IMG/VR virus record: IMGVR_UViG_3300017917_002374
Span: 248,001 to 312,000 of that record
Reading direction: 5' to 3' (one strand)
Length of the DNA: 64,000 nucleotides
The notes beneath the pieces are model-generated. The model was not told where the DNA came from. It worked only from the letters and a program-made list of their open reading frames with translations, and did not search any database. The translations under genes were made by a program, and so were the position numbers. This document shows positions 18,719 to 29,200 of this stretch, piece by piece (position 1 is the stretch's first letter; every line of letters begins with the position of its first letter).

Positions 18719-21700
18719 ATGGCAACTTTAGTTTCTCCAGGTCTTAGTGTAACAGTAACCGATGAAAGCCAATATGTACCAGGCGGTCCAGGAACCGTTC
18801 CGTTGGTAATTTTAGCAACTGCACAAGACAAAACTTCACCAAGTGGTGGCACCGCTACTGGCACCACAGCAGCCAGAGCAAATACTCTACAAGCATTTGG
18901 CAGTCAGCGCGAGCTGATCACAGCCATGGGATATCCCGTATTTAAAACTGCGGCTGGCAGTCCTGTACATGGCGACGAACAAAACGAATATGGATTGCAA
19001 GCAGCTTACAGTGCAATGGGCCTTGGTAACAGATGTTTTGTACTAAGAGCTGATATTGACCTCGATCAACTTACACCTACTGGAGTAAGACCAAAAGGCA
19101 ACGTTGATGATGGTTTCTACTGGTTTGATCTTACCACATCTGACTTTGGTATATTCCAGTGGAATGCATCAACACAGACTTTTACAAAACAAACAGTAAC
19201 CGTTCTAACTTCAACCGCAGACGTAAATTCTCCTGGCGGCGCCGGAGAACCATTTACTCCAAAAGACAGTGTGGGAGAAATTGGCAGTTATGCAGTAATC
19301 GCAGTAGACGACGACAATCCTCTATTTTATAAAAATGCAGACAATGCCTGGGTAGCTGTTGGATCAAAAGATTGGCAGAAGGCCTGGCCTACTGTGCAAA
19401 GTTCATATGCAACTTATGCCGGAAATGAAGTAGCAGCAGGTACTCAAGTTACTATTAATACTGTTACTGTAACAATCACAGCAGCAGGTGCGACAGCAAC
19501 AGGAACAGAAGTAGTAACTGCAATTAATGCGGCGTTCGCTGCCAACTACGGCGACGGTATCCGTGCTGAAATTGATACCAACGGAAGACTGATCATTCGC
19601 GCTACATCAGACGCAGCAAGCGATGGTAGCACAGCTGACGGTAAAGTGGTTATTGTTGACGATGCTGGTGCTGCTGACTTAGGATTAGATGGCGGTATTG
19701 AAGCGTTTGCTCCAATTCTTGATTTTGGAAAATACACAGAGGTACCAACCTTTGCAGCGTCTGAAGCCACTCCAGCACCAACTGGTAGTATTTGGGTAAA
19801 AACTTCTGTAGTAGGCAGCGGTGCTAACTGGGTAGTAAAAAGATTCAACGCATCAACTGGTGCATTTGCTACCATGGCAGCTCCGATCTACGAAGACAAA
19901 GCATCGGCCATCTATGGACTAGATCCATTAGGCGGTGGATTTAATCTAGCGGTAGGCACACTGTATGTTGACTATTCAACACTAACTGATTTTCCTGGTA
20001 CATTTAAAATTTGGCGTCGTTACAAGAGTGGCGTAACCAAGGTTACTGGATCAGTACCTGCTAATGCAAATCCATTCACCATTGGGCATACTTTTAAACT
20101 GGCTGTGACACAGCCTGAGCAAAGTACCATTGATGAATACACATTTACTATTGCTGAAACCAGTGTAGACGGTTTTGTAAAACTAATACTTGGTAAAGCC
20201 ATTCCAAATGTGTTTGCATCAAAAGAAAGTTCAGGTGCAATCAGTATCACGCACAAAGCAGGCGGAGATATCTATCTAGTAGATACTACCGCAGGGGTTG
20301 GTAATCCATTGACCAACGCTGGTTTCACCAGCAGCACCAGTGGTATTCTTGTAGAAACAGTTGGAACATATTCAGGATCTTTACTGGCCACAAACTGGTC
20401 TGTACTAGACTACACTTACAGCACTGAAGAGCCTTATGTGGCCCCTGCTGATGGTACACTATGGTACTATGGTAGTGCTGTAGAAGCAGATGTGTTAATT
20501 TGCAGTACCACTGGCTGGAAGGGATATCGCACAGTGTCAAGTGACGCTCGCGGTTATAATCTAACTCTTACAGATCCAAATGGTCCAATTTTTTCTGCTT
20601 CAAGACCAACACTACAAAGCGACGAGACAGCTCTTGTGGCAGGCGACTTGTGGGTTGACACCAGCGATTTAGAAAACTATCCTGTGATCTACAGATACAA
20701 CGGCAGCAAGTGGGTAGCCATAGATAACACAGATACCATTACTCAAAACGGTATTCTATTCGCAGACGCACGTTGGGACGCAGATGTTGATGGCAGCGGT
20801 GACAGTATTGGTGGTATCGTTGATCCAATCAGTGGCGACCTGCCAGAGATAGCAACCATGCTGTTGAGCAACTACACTGACTTAGATTGCCCAGACTATC
20901 GTTTGTATCCACGTGGTACCATTCTATGGAACACACGTCGCAACGGATTCAACGTCAAACAATATGTAAGCCAAGCATTTACAGAAGACGCTTATCCAGA
21001 TGCAGATGCCAACAGCGGAAACAATCTGGTTGGAGAAATTCCTGACATCACAGCAACTTGGGTAACTGCTAGTGGCAACCAAGATGACGGAAGTCCTTAC
21101 ATGGGACACAAAGCTCAACGTCGTATGGTAGTCAAAGCACTACGTGCGGCAGTTGACAGCAACACACAGATACGTGAAGAACAGTTCACTTTCAATCTGA
21201 TTGCTTGCCCAGGATATCCAGAGCTGTTGTCAAACATGACAGCATTAAACAATGATCGTGCAAACACTGCATTTATCATTGGCGACACTCCATTGGATCT
21301 GGTTCCAGACACAATTGAGTTAACCAACTGGAGCAATAATGTTGCTACCACTGCTGACATCTATACAGGCCTGTTCTATCCGGCAGGGTTAACAAATGAC
21401 CTAGATGGCAACGAAGTTGTGGTACCTGCAAGTCACATGGCATTAAGAGCTTTGATTCGTAACGATCAAATTGCTTACCAGTGGTTTGCCCCAGCAGGCG
21501 CACGTCGTGGATTGATTGACAATGCCACAGCAGTAGGATATCTAGACTATACCACAGGATTGTTCACTAAGATTGGTGTACGTCAAAGTCTGCGTGACAC
21601 GCTGTACACTTTAAGAGTGAATCCTGTTGCAAACTTACCTGGTTTAGGACTGGCTATTTTTGGACAAAAGACTCGTAGTCCAATTGCACAAAGCACAGAC

Positions 21701-22021
21701 CGTATCAACGTTGCACGTCTGGTTAACTATATTAGAAGCATCCTAGGTGGCATCAGCAACAGTTATCTGTTTGAACCAAATGATAAGATCACAAGAGATC
21801 AAATCAAACAGGCAATTGAAGGTGCTATGAATGATCTAGTGGCCAAGAGAGGTGTGTACGATTACCTAGTGGTTTGTGACGAAAGCAACAACACCAGTGA
21901 TCGTATTGCAAGAAATGAATTGTATGTGGATATTGCTATTGAACCTGTAAAAGCAGCAGAGTTTATTTACATTCCAATTCGCTTGAAGAACCCAGGCACT
22001 ATCGCAGGAGCAGGCACTTAA
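18719..22021 (+). CDS. Tail sheath protein (gp18-like, ~1100 aa)
   Basis: MATLVSPGLSVTVTDES N-terminus; C-terminal WFAPAG.RRG, RDTLY..RVNP, FGQKT, DRINVARL, FEPND..TR, CDESNN...I.RNEL.VDIAIEPVKAAEFIYI. Confidence 0.95.
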   Translation: MATLVSPGLSVTVTDESQYVPGGPGTVPLVILATAQDKTSPSGGTATGTTAARANTLQAFGSQRELITAMGYPVFKTAAGSPVHGDEQNEYGLQAAYSAMGLGNRCFVLRADIDLDQLTPTGVRPKGNVDDGFYWFDLTTSDFGIFQWNASTQTFTKQTVTVLTSTADVNSPGGAGEPFTPKDSVGEIGSYAVIAVDDDNPLFYKNADNAWVAVGSKDWQKAWPTVQSSYATYAGNEVAAGTQVTINTVTVTITAAGATATGTEVVTAINAAFAANYGDGIRAEIDTNGRLIIRATSDAASDGSTADGKVVIVDDAGAADLGLDGGIEAFAPILDFGKYTEVPTFAASEATPAPTGSIWVKTSVVGSGANWVVKRFNASTGAFATMAAPIYEDKASAIYGLDPLGGGFNLAVGTLYVDYSTLTDFPGTFKIWRRYKSGVTKVTGSVPANANPFTIGHTFKLAVTQPEQSTIDEYTFTIAETSVDGFVKLILGKAIPNVFASKESSGAISITHKAGGDIYLVDTTAGVGNPLTNAGFTSSTSGILVETVGTYSGSLLATNWSVLDYTYSTEEPYVAPADGTLWYYGSAVEADVLICSTTGWKGYRTVSSDARGYNLTLTDPNGPIFSASRPTLQSDETALVAGDLWVDTSDLENYPVIYRYNGSKWVAIDNTDTITQNGILFADARWDADVDGSGDSIGGIVDPISGDLPEIATMLLSNYTDLDCPDYRLYPRGTILWNTRRNGFNVKQYVSQAFTEDAYPDADANSGNNLVGEIPDITATWVTASGNQDDGSPYMGHKAQRRMVVKALRAAVDSNTQIREEQFTFNLIACPGYPELLSNMTALNNDRANTAFIIGDTPLDLVPDTIELTNWSNNVATTADIYTGLFYPAGLTNDLDGNEVVVPASHMALRALIRNDQIAYQWFAPAGARRGLIDNATAVGYLDYTTGLFTKIGVRQSLRDTLYTLRVNPVANLPGLGLAIFGQKTRSPIAQSTDRINVARLVNYIRSILGGISNSYLFEPNDKITRDQIKQAIEGAMNDLVAKRGVYDYLVVCDESNNTSDRIARNELYVDIAIEPVKAAEFIYIPIRLKNPGTIAGAGT

Positions 22022-22030
22022 TAGGCATAT

Positions 22031-22059
22031 ATTATGAAGCGGCGGTGCCGCTTCATAAT
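22031..22059 (+). terminator. 13-bp stem hairpin between sheath and tube genes (terminator or mRNA stabiliser)
   Basis: ATTATGAAGCGGC-GGT-GCCGCTTCATAAT; weak U tail; followed by TAAATA at 22075-22080. Confidence 0.6.
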
Positions 22060-22101
22060 TTGCCAAAAATGAGCTAAATAAGAATATAGGAGACAACAAA
22101 C

Positions 22102-22722
22102 ATGTCCGTAGCATCATTAACAAGATTTACAGTGCCACTGGCTTCAAGTCAGAGTGCAAGCGCACAGGGCCTTTTAATGCCAAAACTGGCATATCGTTTT
22201 AGAGTATCATTTGAACAGTTTGGAGTTAGTCAGCCAACAACAGAATTAACCAAACAGGTAATGGACTTTACTCGTCCAACTGTACAGTTTGGCGATATTG
22301 TGGTTGATGTTTACAACAGCAAAATCAAACTTGCAGGCAAGCCAGAATGGCAGGATGTTACTGTTAACTTAAGAGACGACGCAGGCGGTAATGTCAGTCG
22401 TTTGGTAGGCGAACAGTTGCAAAAGCAATACGACTTTATGGAACAAGCTAGTGCAAGTTCTGGTATTGATTACAAGTTTATCACACGTTGTGAAATGCTT
22501 GATGGCGGCAACGGCGTACTACAGCCAAACGTGTTAGAGACTTGGGAACTGTATGGATGCTATCTCCAGCAAGTAAACTATGGAGAAGTTAACTACTCCA
22601 GCGGCACAGAAATGGTTAAAATTGCTCTTACCATTAAGTTTGATAACGCAGTACAAACACCACTTGGTTCTGGTGTTGGCGGCGATGTTGGCAGACTATT
22701 AGGTATTACAGCTACTGGTTAA
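22102..22722 (+). CDS. Tail tube protein (gp19-like)
   Basis: Follows sheath; PKLAYRFRV, KLAGKPEW, LETWELYGCY, I.FDNA pattern. Confidence 0.85.
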   Translation: MSVASLTRFTVPLASSQSASAQGLLMPKLAYRFRVSFEQFGVSQPTTELTKQVMDFTRPTVQFGDIVVDVYNSKIKLAGKPEWQDVTVNLRDDAGGNVSRLVGEQLQKQYDFMEQASASSGIDYKFITRCEMLDGGNGVLQPNVLETWELYGCYLQQVNYGEVNYSSGTEMVKIALTIKFDNAVQTPLGSGVGGDVGRLLGITATG

Positions 22723-22747
22723 TCCAGACGACACACTTTTAAATTAC

Positions 22748-22770
22748 ACCCGGCTTAGGCCGGGTTTTTT
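22748..22770 (+). terminator. Intrinsic terminator
   Basis: ACCCGGC-TTAG-GCCGGGT-TTTTT. Confidence 0.9.
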
Positions 22771-22798
22771 ATGAGATAAATATCTAAAAAGAGGCATT

Positions 22799-24271
22799 AT
22801 GAGTTTAAATCCTTACCTACAGCCAATTGGCACCAACAGTACTGTTCATGATTATGCTCATGCTGACCGTGTGTTTAGAACAGATGCGTTTAGATTGCAT
22901 CCTAAACTTGCGTTTCTTTACTATGTGAGAATAAATCTTGACCCTAGCTATACCATGTTCAAAGGTTTGAAGCAAAAAGAAATTGGTGCCTTGGTTAAAA
23001 CTGTTTCGTTACCAAAATTCACAGTTGATACAAAAACTCTTAATGCCTATAATCGTGCGAACCTAGTTCAGACAAAAATAAAATATGATCCGGTACAAAT
23101 AAAGTTTCACGACGACGCCGCCAATATCATACGAGAATTTTGGTACGACTACTACAGTTTCTATTATAGAGACAGTGACCATGCAACAAGTTTGTATCAA
23201 AGTGCTCACAAATACAGTGTAAGACAAACAGATCAGTGGGGATATACACTGCGCAACTCTCCTGATTCGGGAGACAAAGAACAATTTTCATCTGTAACAC
23301 AGTTGATAACTGACATTCAAATTTATAGTTTTCACGGAAAGAGATTCAGCGAAGTTACACTGCACAATCCTATAATAACTTCATTCAGACACGGAGAACA
23401 TGATTACTCTCAAGGCACAGGCATACTAGAGCACGAAATGCAAGTCAGCTTTGAAACTGTGACCTATGCAGATGGATTTTTAACTGAAGAAGAGTTTGGT
23501 GACGACATGTTGTTAAAATACGATCGCACACCAAGCGATCTTTCTCCGCAGAGTTTACAACAGGCAGGTGCAAACACAGTTTCCGGAAGAGGAACCGATC
23601 TAACGTATCAAAACGGACAAGTGGTGCGAGCTTCTCCGCAAACCAATTATTATCGCGGCGGCAGTATACAAAAACAAAATGGATTTTCTCTATTGCCTGG
23701 ATCAGGTGGTTCTCAAGTTAGAACAAACAACAGTGTGTTTGCCACTGCCGGCAAAGCAGTGCTTGGAGGCATGCTGCAATCTGCCATTCGCGGAAGAAAT
23801 CCTTTAAGTCAATTTAATGTTGCAAATGCGTCAAACTTGCTTTATCAAGCAGGCAGTGCAGTTGGTGGGCCTGCAGGGCAACGATTGATTGCATCTGGTG
23901 GGCTAGTAAAAGCAGGACAAAGTATCATGAGAAACGGAGTTGGTCCTGGAAACTTCGGCACAGTGGCGGTAGCAGTACAAGCACTTGGGCAATTAGGTAT
24001 ACGACCTGAAAACATTCTATCGTCTGGTAAAAATATTTTCACTGGTAGAGCCACTACCAATGGATCTCCTGTGGCAAAAACACAAGGAACCTTTCCAACA
24101 GCCCAGACACCAAACTTTCCTAGTGTGACAACTGCGCCAAACAATACTACTAGTAGCTATTTTTCTAATCCAAGTTATACAGACGGTAGACCTACTGTTA
24201 TAAATGACAGTAGAAATACCACACCACCAAGTAATCAAGCTAGACCTGGACAATACGGACGGTTCGTATGA
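22799..24271 (+). CDS. Tube-like baseplate protein (gp54/gp19 fold) with low-complexity C-terminus
   Basis: KTVSLPKFTV...NAYNR...KIKYDPVQIKFHDD...L.NP.ITS....DYS tube-fold pattern; TAAATA at 22777. Confidence 0.6.
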   Translation: MSLNPYLQPIGTNSTVHDYAHADRVFRTDAFRLHPKLAFLYYVRINLDPSYTMFKGLKQKEIGALVKTVSLPKFTVDTKTLNAYNRANLVQTKIKYDPVQIKFHDDAANIIREFWYDYYSFYYRDSDHATSLYQSAHKYSVRQTDQWGYTLRNSPDSGDKEQFSSVTQLITDIQIYSFHGKRFSEVTLHNPIITSFRHGEHDYSQGTGILEHEMQVSFETVTYADGFLTEEEFGDDMLLKYDRTPSDLSPQSLQQAGANTVSGRGTDLTYQNGQVVRASPQTNYYRGGSIQKQNGFSLLPGSGGSQVRTNNSVFATAGKAVLGGMLQSAIRGRNPLSQFNVANASNLLYQAGSAVGGPAGQRLIASGGLVKAGQSIMRNGVGPGNFGTVAVAVQALGQLGIRPENILSSGKNIFTGRATTNGSPVAKTQGTFPTAQTPNFPSVTTAPNNTTSSYFSNPSYTDGRPTVINDSRNTTPPSNQARPGQYGRFV

Positions 24272-24651
24272 GTAATAATATAAATCTTGAGCCAATTGAC
24301 ATTGGGATTAAAGGCACTGAATTTAATCCTAATCGTTATTTTAATAATCTAAGTTTGCCACCAATAGAAGTGGCTACAAATGTGAGCCATGCTGTACAAA
24401 GTTTTTTTGAGTCGTACACTCAAAACAAACGCAGTGCAGAAATTTTAGCCAGTGCAGTGATATTCACCAGCTCCAGTCAAGGTATTAATCCAATGGAAAC
24501 CCTTGATGAGTTCTTGCAATTGCCACCAGGACAATTAAACGACTTTTTGGTTGCATTTTTAAATTTTAATAGAATAGGAACCAGTCTATTGGGAACTATC
24601 AATAATTTTAAAACAAGTAACCAGTTTGTTAAAAGATCTATTCTAGTTTGA
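24268..24651 (+). CDS. Hypothetical protein (127 aa)
   Basis: ATGA-coupled ORF in the late operon. Confidence 0.7.
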   Translation: MSNNINLEPIDIGIKGTEFNPNRYFNNLSLPPIEVATNVSHAVQSFFESYTQNKRSAEILASAVIFTSSSQGINPMETLDEFLQLPPGQLNDFLVAFLNFNRIGTSLLGTINNFKTSNQFVKRSILV

Positions 24652-24652
24652 C

Positions 24653-25090
24653 ATGGCGAGAAATTACGCACAAGGAAAATTTCAAATGCGTAATCCTGCC
24701 AAGTATATTGGCAAAGGACAACCTACTTATCGTTCAGGATGGGAAATGGTGTTCATGCAGTTTTGTGATAACAATCCTGCTATATTAAACTGGGCCAGCG
24801 AAAGTATCAACATTCCATACCGTAATCCGTTTACAGGCAAGAGCACAATTTATGTTCCTGATTTTTTAATCATCTACGAAGATAAAAATGGGCAAAAGCA
24901 TGCAGAAGTAATTGAAATCAAGCCCAGTACAGAATCCACAATGGAAAGTGCTCGCAACACAAGAGATCGTGCTTATGTAGCACTCAATCATGCCAAATGG
25001 GCAGCAGCGCAGGCTTGGTGCAAACAACAAGGCTTGACCTTTAGAGTAATAACAGAGAATCAAATCTTTCATCGGGGTCAAAAGCGGTAA
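24653..25090 (+). CDS. Head completion protein, T4 gp4-like (TnsA-type nuclease fold)
   Basis: NPAKYIG...YRSGWE..FM.FCD.NP.IL.WASE...IPY...Y.PDF...IEIKP...N.AKW.AA..WC. Confidence 0.88.
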   Translation: MARNYAQGKFQMRNPAKYIGKGQPTYRSGWEMVFMQFCDNNPAILNWASESINIPYRNPFTGKSTIYVPDFLIIYEDKNGQKHAEVIEIKPSTESTMESARNTRDRAYVALNHAKWAAAQAWCKQQGLTFRVITENQIFHRGQKR

Positions 25091-25097
25091 ATACCGT

Positions 25098-25586
25098 ATG
25101 ACCAAAAAACTAGAACAATTGTTTGACTTACCTAGTGTTCCTGAAGCTATAGAAACCATAGAAGAACACCGATCCACTATACAAAACATAGATCTTGCGA
25201 TAGACAAGATAGATGCAGCACTGCCCACTGTACGAGATCTTGAAACAGCTGATCAAGAAATGGACGAGTTGGCAACTCTAGCAAGAGACAAATTTGACGA
25301 CTTAATGGATCTGGGCATGAATGTAGAACCCAGATATGCAGGTGTTATATTCCAAACAGCAGGGGTGTTGCTAGGACATGCAATCACTGCCAAGCAGGCC
25401 AAATTAGACAAGAAGCTGCGCATGGTTGATCTGCAACTGAAAAAAATGCGCTTGGATCAGACTGCAGAAAAGAATTCAGATACGACATCTGCGGTAGAAG
25501 GACAAGGCGTGGTACTGGACAGAAACGCCTTACTAGCAGAAATATTGGGCAAGCGACCAGATAATCAAAAAGATAACAAAGCATAA
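25098..25586 (+). CDS. Probable terminase small subunit (gp16-like)
   Basis: Size 162 aa; helical D.L.DLGMNVEPR.A...F..A..L...AK..K coiled pattern resembling gp16; late promoter directly upstream. Confidence 0.5.
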   Translation: MTKKLEQLFDLPSVPEAIETIEEHRSTIQNIDLAIDKIDAALPTVRDLETADQEMDELATLARDKFDDLMDLGMNVEPRYAGVIFQTAGVLLGHAITAKQAKLDKKLRMVDLQLKKMRLDQTAEKNSDTTSAVEGQGVVLDRNALLAEILGKRPDNQKDNKA

Positions 25587-25608
25587 ATAGATAGTATAGG
25601 ATCCTGCA

Positions 25609-26247
25609 ATGAAAACCTTTAAAACATACTTGCAAGAAAGTGTCAAAACCTACAGTTTCCGTGTGCGTTTGGCTGATTGTGATTGCACAGCTGAACTCAT
25701 GGACAAGATAGAACAAGCACTGTCTGCATTCAAACTGGTAGATATTACCAAACCCAAGAGCTTGCCAATAGCTCGTACCAATGAATTTTATAAACTAGGT
25801 CCAGTGGGGCGTAACAGTTTTGACATAACCACAGCATACCCTGCAAATCCTCCTCAGGTACAGCAGGCCATTCACAACTGTTGCGGAGTACCAGTTAGTC
25901 ATATCTATGTGACTTACGCGGGCGCAGACGATCAGGATGCAGCAGTAGAAGCAGCACCTGAGCACACAGATAGTGGCAAAGCTCTATTAGTGGATCCTGA
26001 ACTAAAACAAGACGACAACAACGCACAAGATCACGTGGGGCTGAAAAAAATTGATAGCCTGTTAAAAGAGCTTGAGAAGAACCGCGGCGTTCAATCTCAG
26101 TACAAAGGAATCAACGACGACATTCTCGCAAAGAGTGAGGCTAAAGAAAGCGAATCTAAAACAACCAATAGCCTGCCACAAAACAATCGCAGTCCGGTCA
26201 CAGACACTGGTAGCAAAGCAACTACTAAAAAAGTAAAGGCACTATAA
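25609..26247 (+). CDS. Hypothetical, probable internal head protein
   Basis: TAAATA at 25584; starts MKTFKTYLQES (T4 CTS-like). Confidence 0.7.
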   Translation: MKTFKTYLQESVKTYSFRVRLADCDCTAELMDKIEQALSAFKLVDITKPKSLPIARTNEFYKLGPVGRNSFDITTAYPANPPQVQQAIHNCCGVPVSHIYVTYAGADDQDAAVEAAPEHTDSGKALLVDPELKQDDNNAQDHVGLKKIDSLLKELEKNRGVQSQYKGINDDILAKSEAKESESKTTNSLPQNNRSPVTDTGSKATTKKVKAL

Positions 26248-26248
26248 C

Positions 26249-29200
26249 ATGAGCAAGCACAACGACATTTATAACATCTTGGGTAAATTGAATTCACTTA
26301 AACCTCAAGAAGAAACCAAACCCAGTATTCTAAAAGAGTTTGCTGAACCAAAGCCTGCTGATGTTGTGCAGAATCTAAATGCCAAATACCAAGAGCATAA
26401 ACAGTTGAATGAATATTTTCATTTTGACATGCCTAAAGGCAAGGATCGCGGCCCTCGCGACACAGGCACAGACGAACTAGAGCGTCGTAGCAAGCTAGGC
26501 AAAGATCCATTGGTCAAGCATGGCAAAGAATACAAAGAAAAAGATCGTTACGGTAATGGATACAAAATTGCTGGACCAAAAGGTAACTTACCCGAAGGCG
26601 ATATGGAAGAAGGACCAGCAGATCTATTGGCCGCGATTGAACAAGAAATCAATAACCCAGGTGGCAGTGTTGATAACTTGAGAGATGTCTTGAATGCTAC
26701 TTTTGGTAGCGATAGATCACCTGAATTTAAAAAAGCTCGTGCAGTCATTGGCAAGTATCTTGACTTGGTAGACAACGCTGCAATGGGTAGTGAACAAGAT
26801 GGTATTGCTCCAATGAGAGGTGGCAATATTGCTCGTCATATCCAACAATATGATCTAACTGATTATCTACAAAATGCTGCTGCTATGTTGGATAAAACAG
26901 TTAAAGGTCCAATGGACGAGAGCGGTTTGCAAGCATACCTAGGTAAAAAGAAGTACGGCGAACAAGGTATGAAGGCTCTGCAAAAGGCCGGTCGTGAAGG
27001 CGCCAGCAAAGAAAAGATGGCACAGATTCGTGCCAAGCATGACAAGCTGGACGAGATCAGTCAAGAACTTGCTGGCAATTACATGACAGCAGCAGAAAAA
27101 GACATCAAGTCAAGAAAAGAAAAAGACACATGGGATCCAAAGATCAGCAAGCGTAAAGAAGGTAAGTTCAATGCAGTACTACGCAAGACAGGTACAGTGC
27201 CTACCACAGACAATCCAACACATGGAAAGTTTATTACCAGCAAGATGGATGAAGCTGAAATGGATGAAGACATGCTGAGTCCTAAGCAGAAGAAGTTTGC
27301 AGCACTAGCTGAACCAAAAGATAAAATTACCTACGCAGACAAGATTGCAGGTGCAAAGAAAAAAGACGAAGGTAATGAATTCAGCGGCGAATTAGTAAAA
27401 GCTCGTGCGCAAGGCAAAGACAGCTTTAGTGTGGATGGTAAAGAGTATCCAGTAAAAGAAGGTTTTGAAGATCAACATGATGTTACCAACAAAGGCGAGT
27501 ACGATCAAGAAGGCGACATGGCCAAAGATGATCTCAGCACCATTGAAGATGCTGCTCGTGAGCTAGACAGTATTCTTAGTGCAGACGACAATCTGCCAGA
27601 ATGGGTACAAAGCAAGATCAACAAGGCCATGGACTATCTTGACACAGCAAGAGATTACATGAAAGCCAACACAGACGATGACAATCCTGAAATCAAAGAA
27701 GGCGAATACAAAGACTCTGTTAACAAGAGCAAGGTGCCTGCGTATCAACGCAAGGCCAAAGGTGGAGATTGGAAAGTGAGCACAAAAGATCTAGAGGACG
27801 AGGCTAGCAAGAGCCCAACTGGTCGCGCAGGATTAGAGAAACTGAAACAGCGCATGCGTGATGATGGTGTAATGGAAGGCTTCCCTACTGTAGCAGATGC
27901 CAAGGCTCGTGCAGAAAAAGAAAAAGGCACAGGCAAGTTTGATAAACAAACAACCAGTACAGGAACACGTTATACTCGCAAGCCAGAAACTTATAGCGAT
28001 GATGGCGAAGAGTCAGGTACCAGCGACGCACCTAAAAAGCGCGGCCGACCTAAGAAGCACACAGGCCCAGAGCGTGTGACCAGCAAAGCATGGAAGCACA
28101 AGGGCGGACGCAAGACCAATGAGTCTATTAAGTTGGATACATTTGTTGAAGACACAATTGGCGAACTAGATGCTCTATTATTGAGTGAAAAAGCAGTAAG
28201 CAAACAGCAGCAGAAATTCATGGGCATGGTACATGCCATGCAAAAAGGCGAGAAAGTCAAAGGCGCTAGCAAAGAATTAAAAGCAGCGGCTAAAGGCATG
28301 AGCAAGAAAGATGCCAAGGACTTTGCCAAAACCAAGCACAAAGGTTTACCGTCAAAAGTGACAGAAGGAATTAACTTTGTTGAAATGATGCGTGAGACAG
28401 ATCAGACAGTAGAAGAAATGTTAAACGAACTGCATGCTGAGCTTGATGAATACAAACGTTCAGGACAGATGGGCGACAAATTACGTGACGCTCTTGAACT
28501 GCATCGTCATAGCAAGAACAAGCTCATGGGCGAAACAAAAGAAAAAGAGAGAGACGATTTTTTCTACAATCCTGATGTGCCAGACGACCAGCAGTTGCCT
28601 GCATTACCAGACGAAGTAAAAGTTGATGTAGAGCTAGATGAACTGGCCAAGCTAGCAGGACTAGGTGAAGTCAGTCGCGGTGAATATATCAAACAACAGG
28701 ATGCACAAGCTGAACGTGCAGGCAAAGACAGTTTTAATGCATTTGGTCAAAACTTTGATACAGATCAAGTGCAAGAAGCTTCATGCAACATGACAGCGGA
28801 AGGTCAGTTCTGCCCAGAACACGGTCTAGCAGAATGTGGCAGCATGATGTATGAAAGCAAACAGTCACTAGACGAGTGCGGTGACATGGGGCCTATGGAG
28901 AAGCCAGAAAGCGGCATGAGCGTGAACACCAGTTTTGATACTAAGACCGGTCGTAAAACCATGAGCGTCACAGCCGACGGCGAAGCAGCAGAACAACTGG
29001 CACAGATGTTAAAAATGGCAGGACTGGGACATGATCATTCACACGACCACGGGCCTGAACGTAAGATTGTTATGGTACCAGAAGAAGAAGTAACTGAAGA
29101 GTTTGCAAATGAGCCAAATGAACAGTATGCAGACACACAAACAATAGTGGATGCTGGTCAAGATCTCAATCGTAAGAAAAAACAGTATGCTGACAAGCCC

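Noticed and set aside
24653-25090. Tn7-like transposon (TnsA fold)
   Set aside because: Sequence and context match T4 gp4 head-completion protein; no tnsB/C or transposon ends seen.
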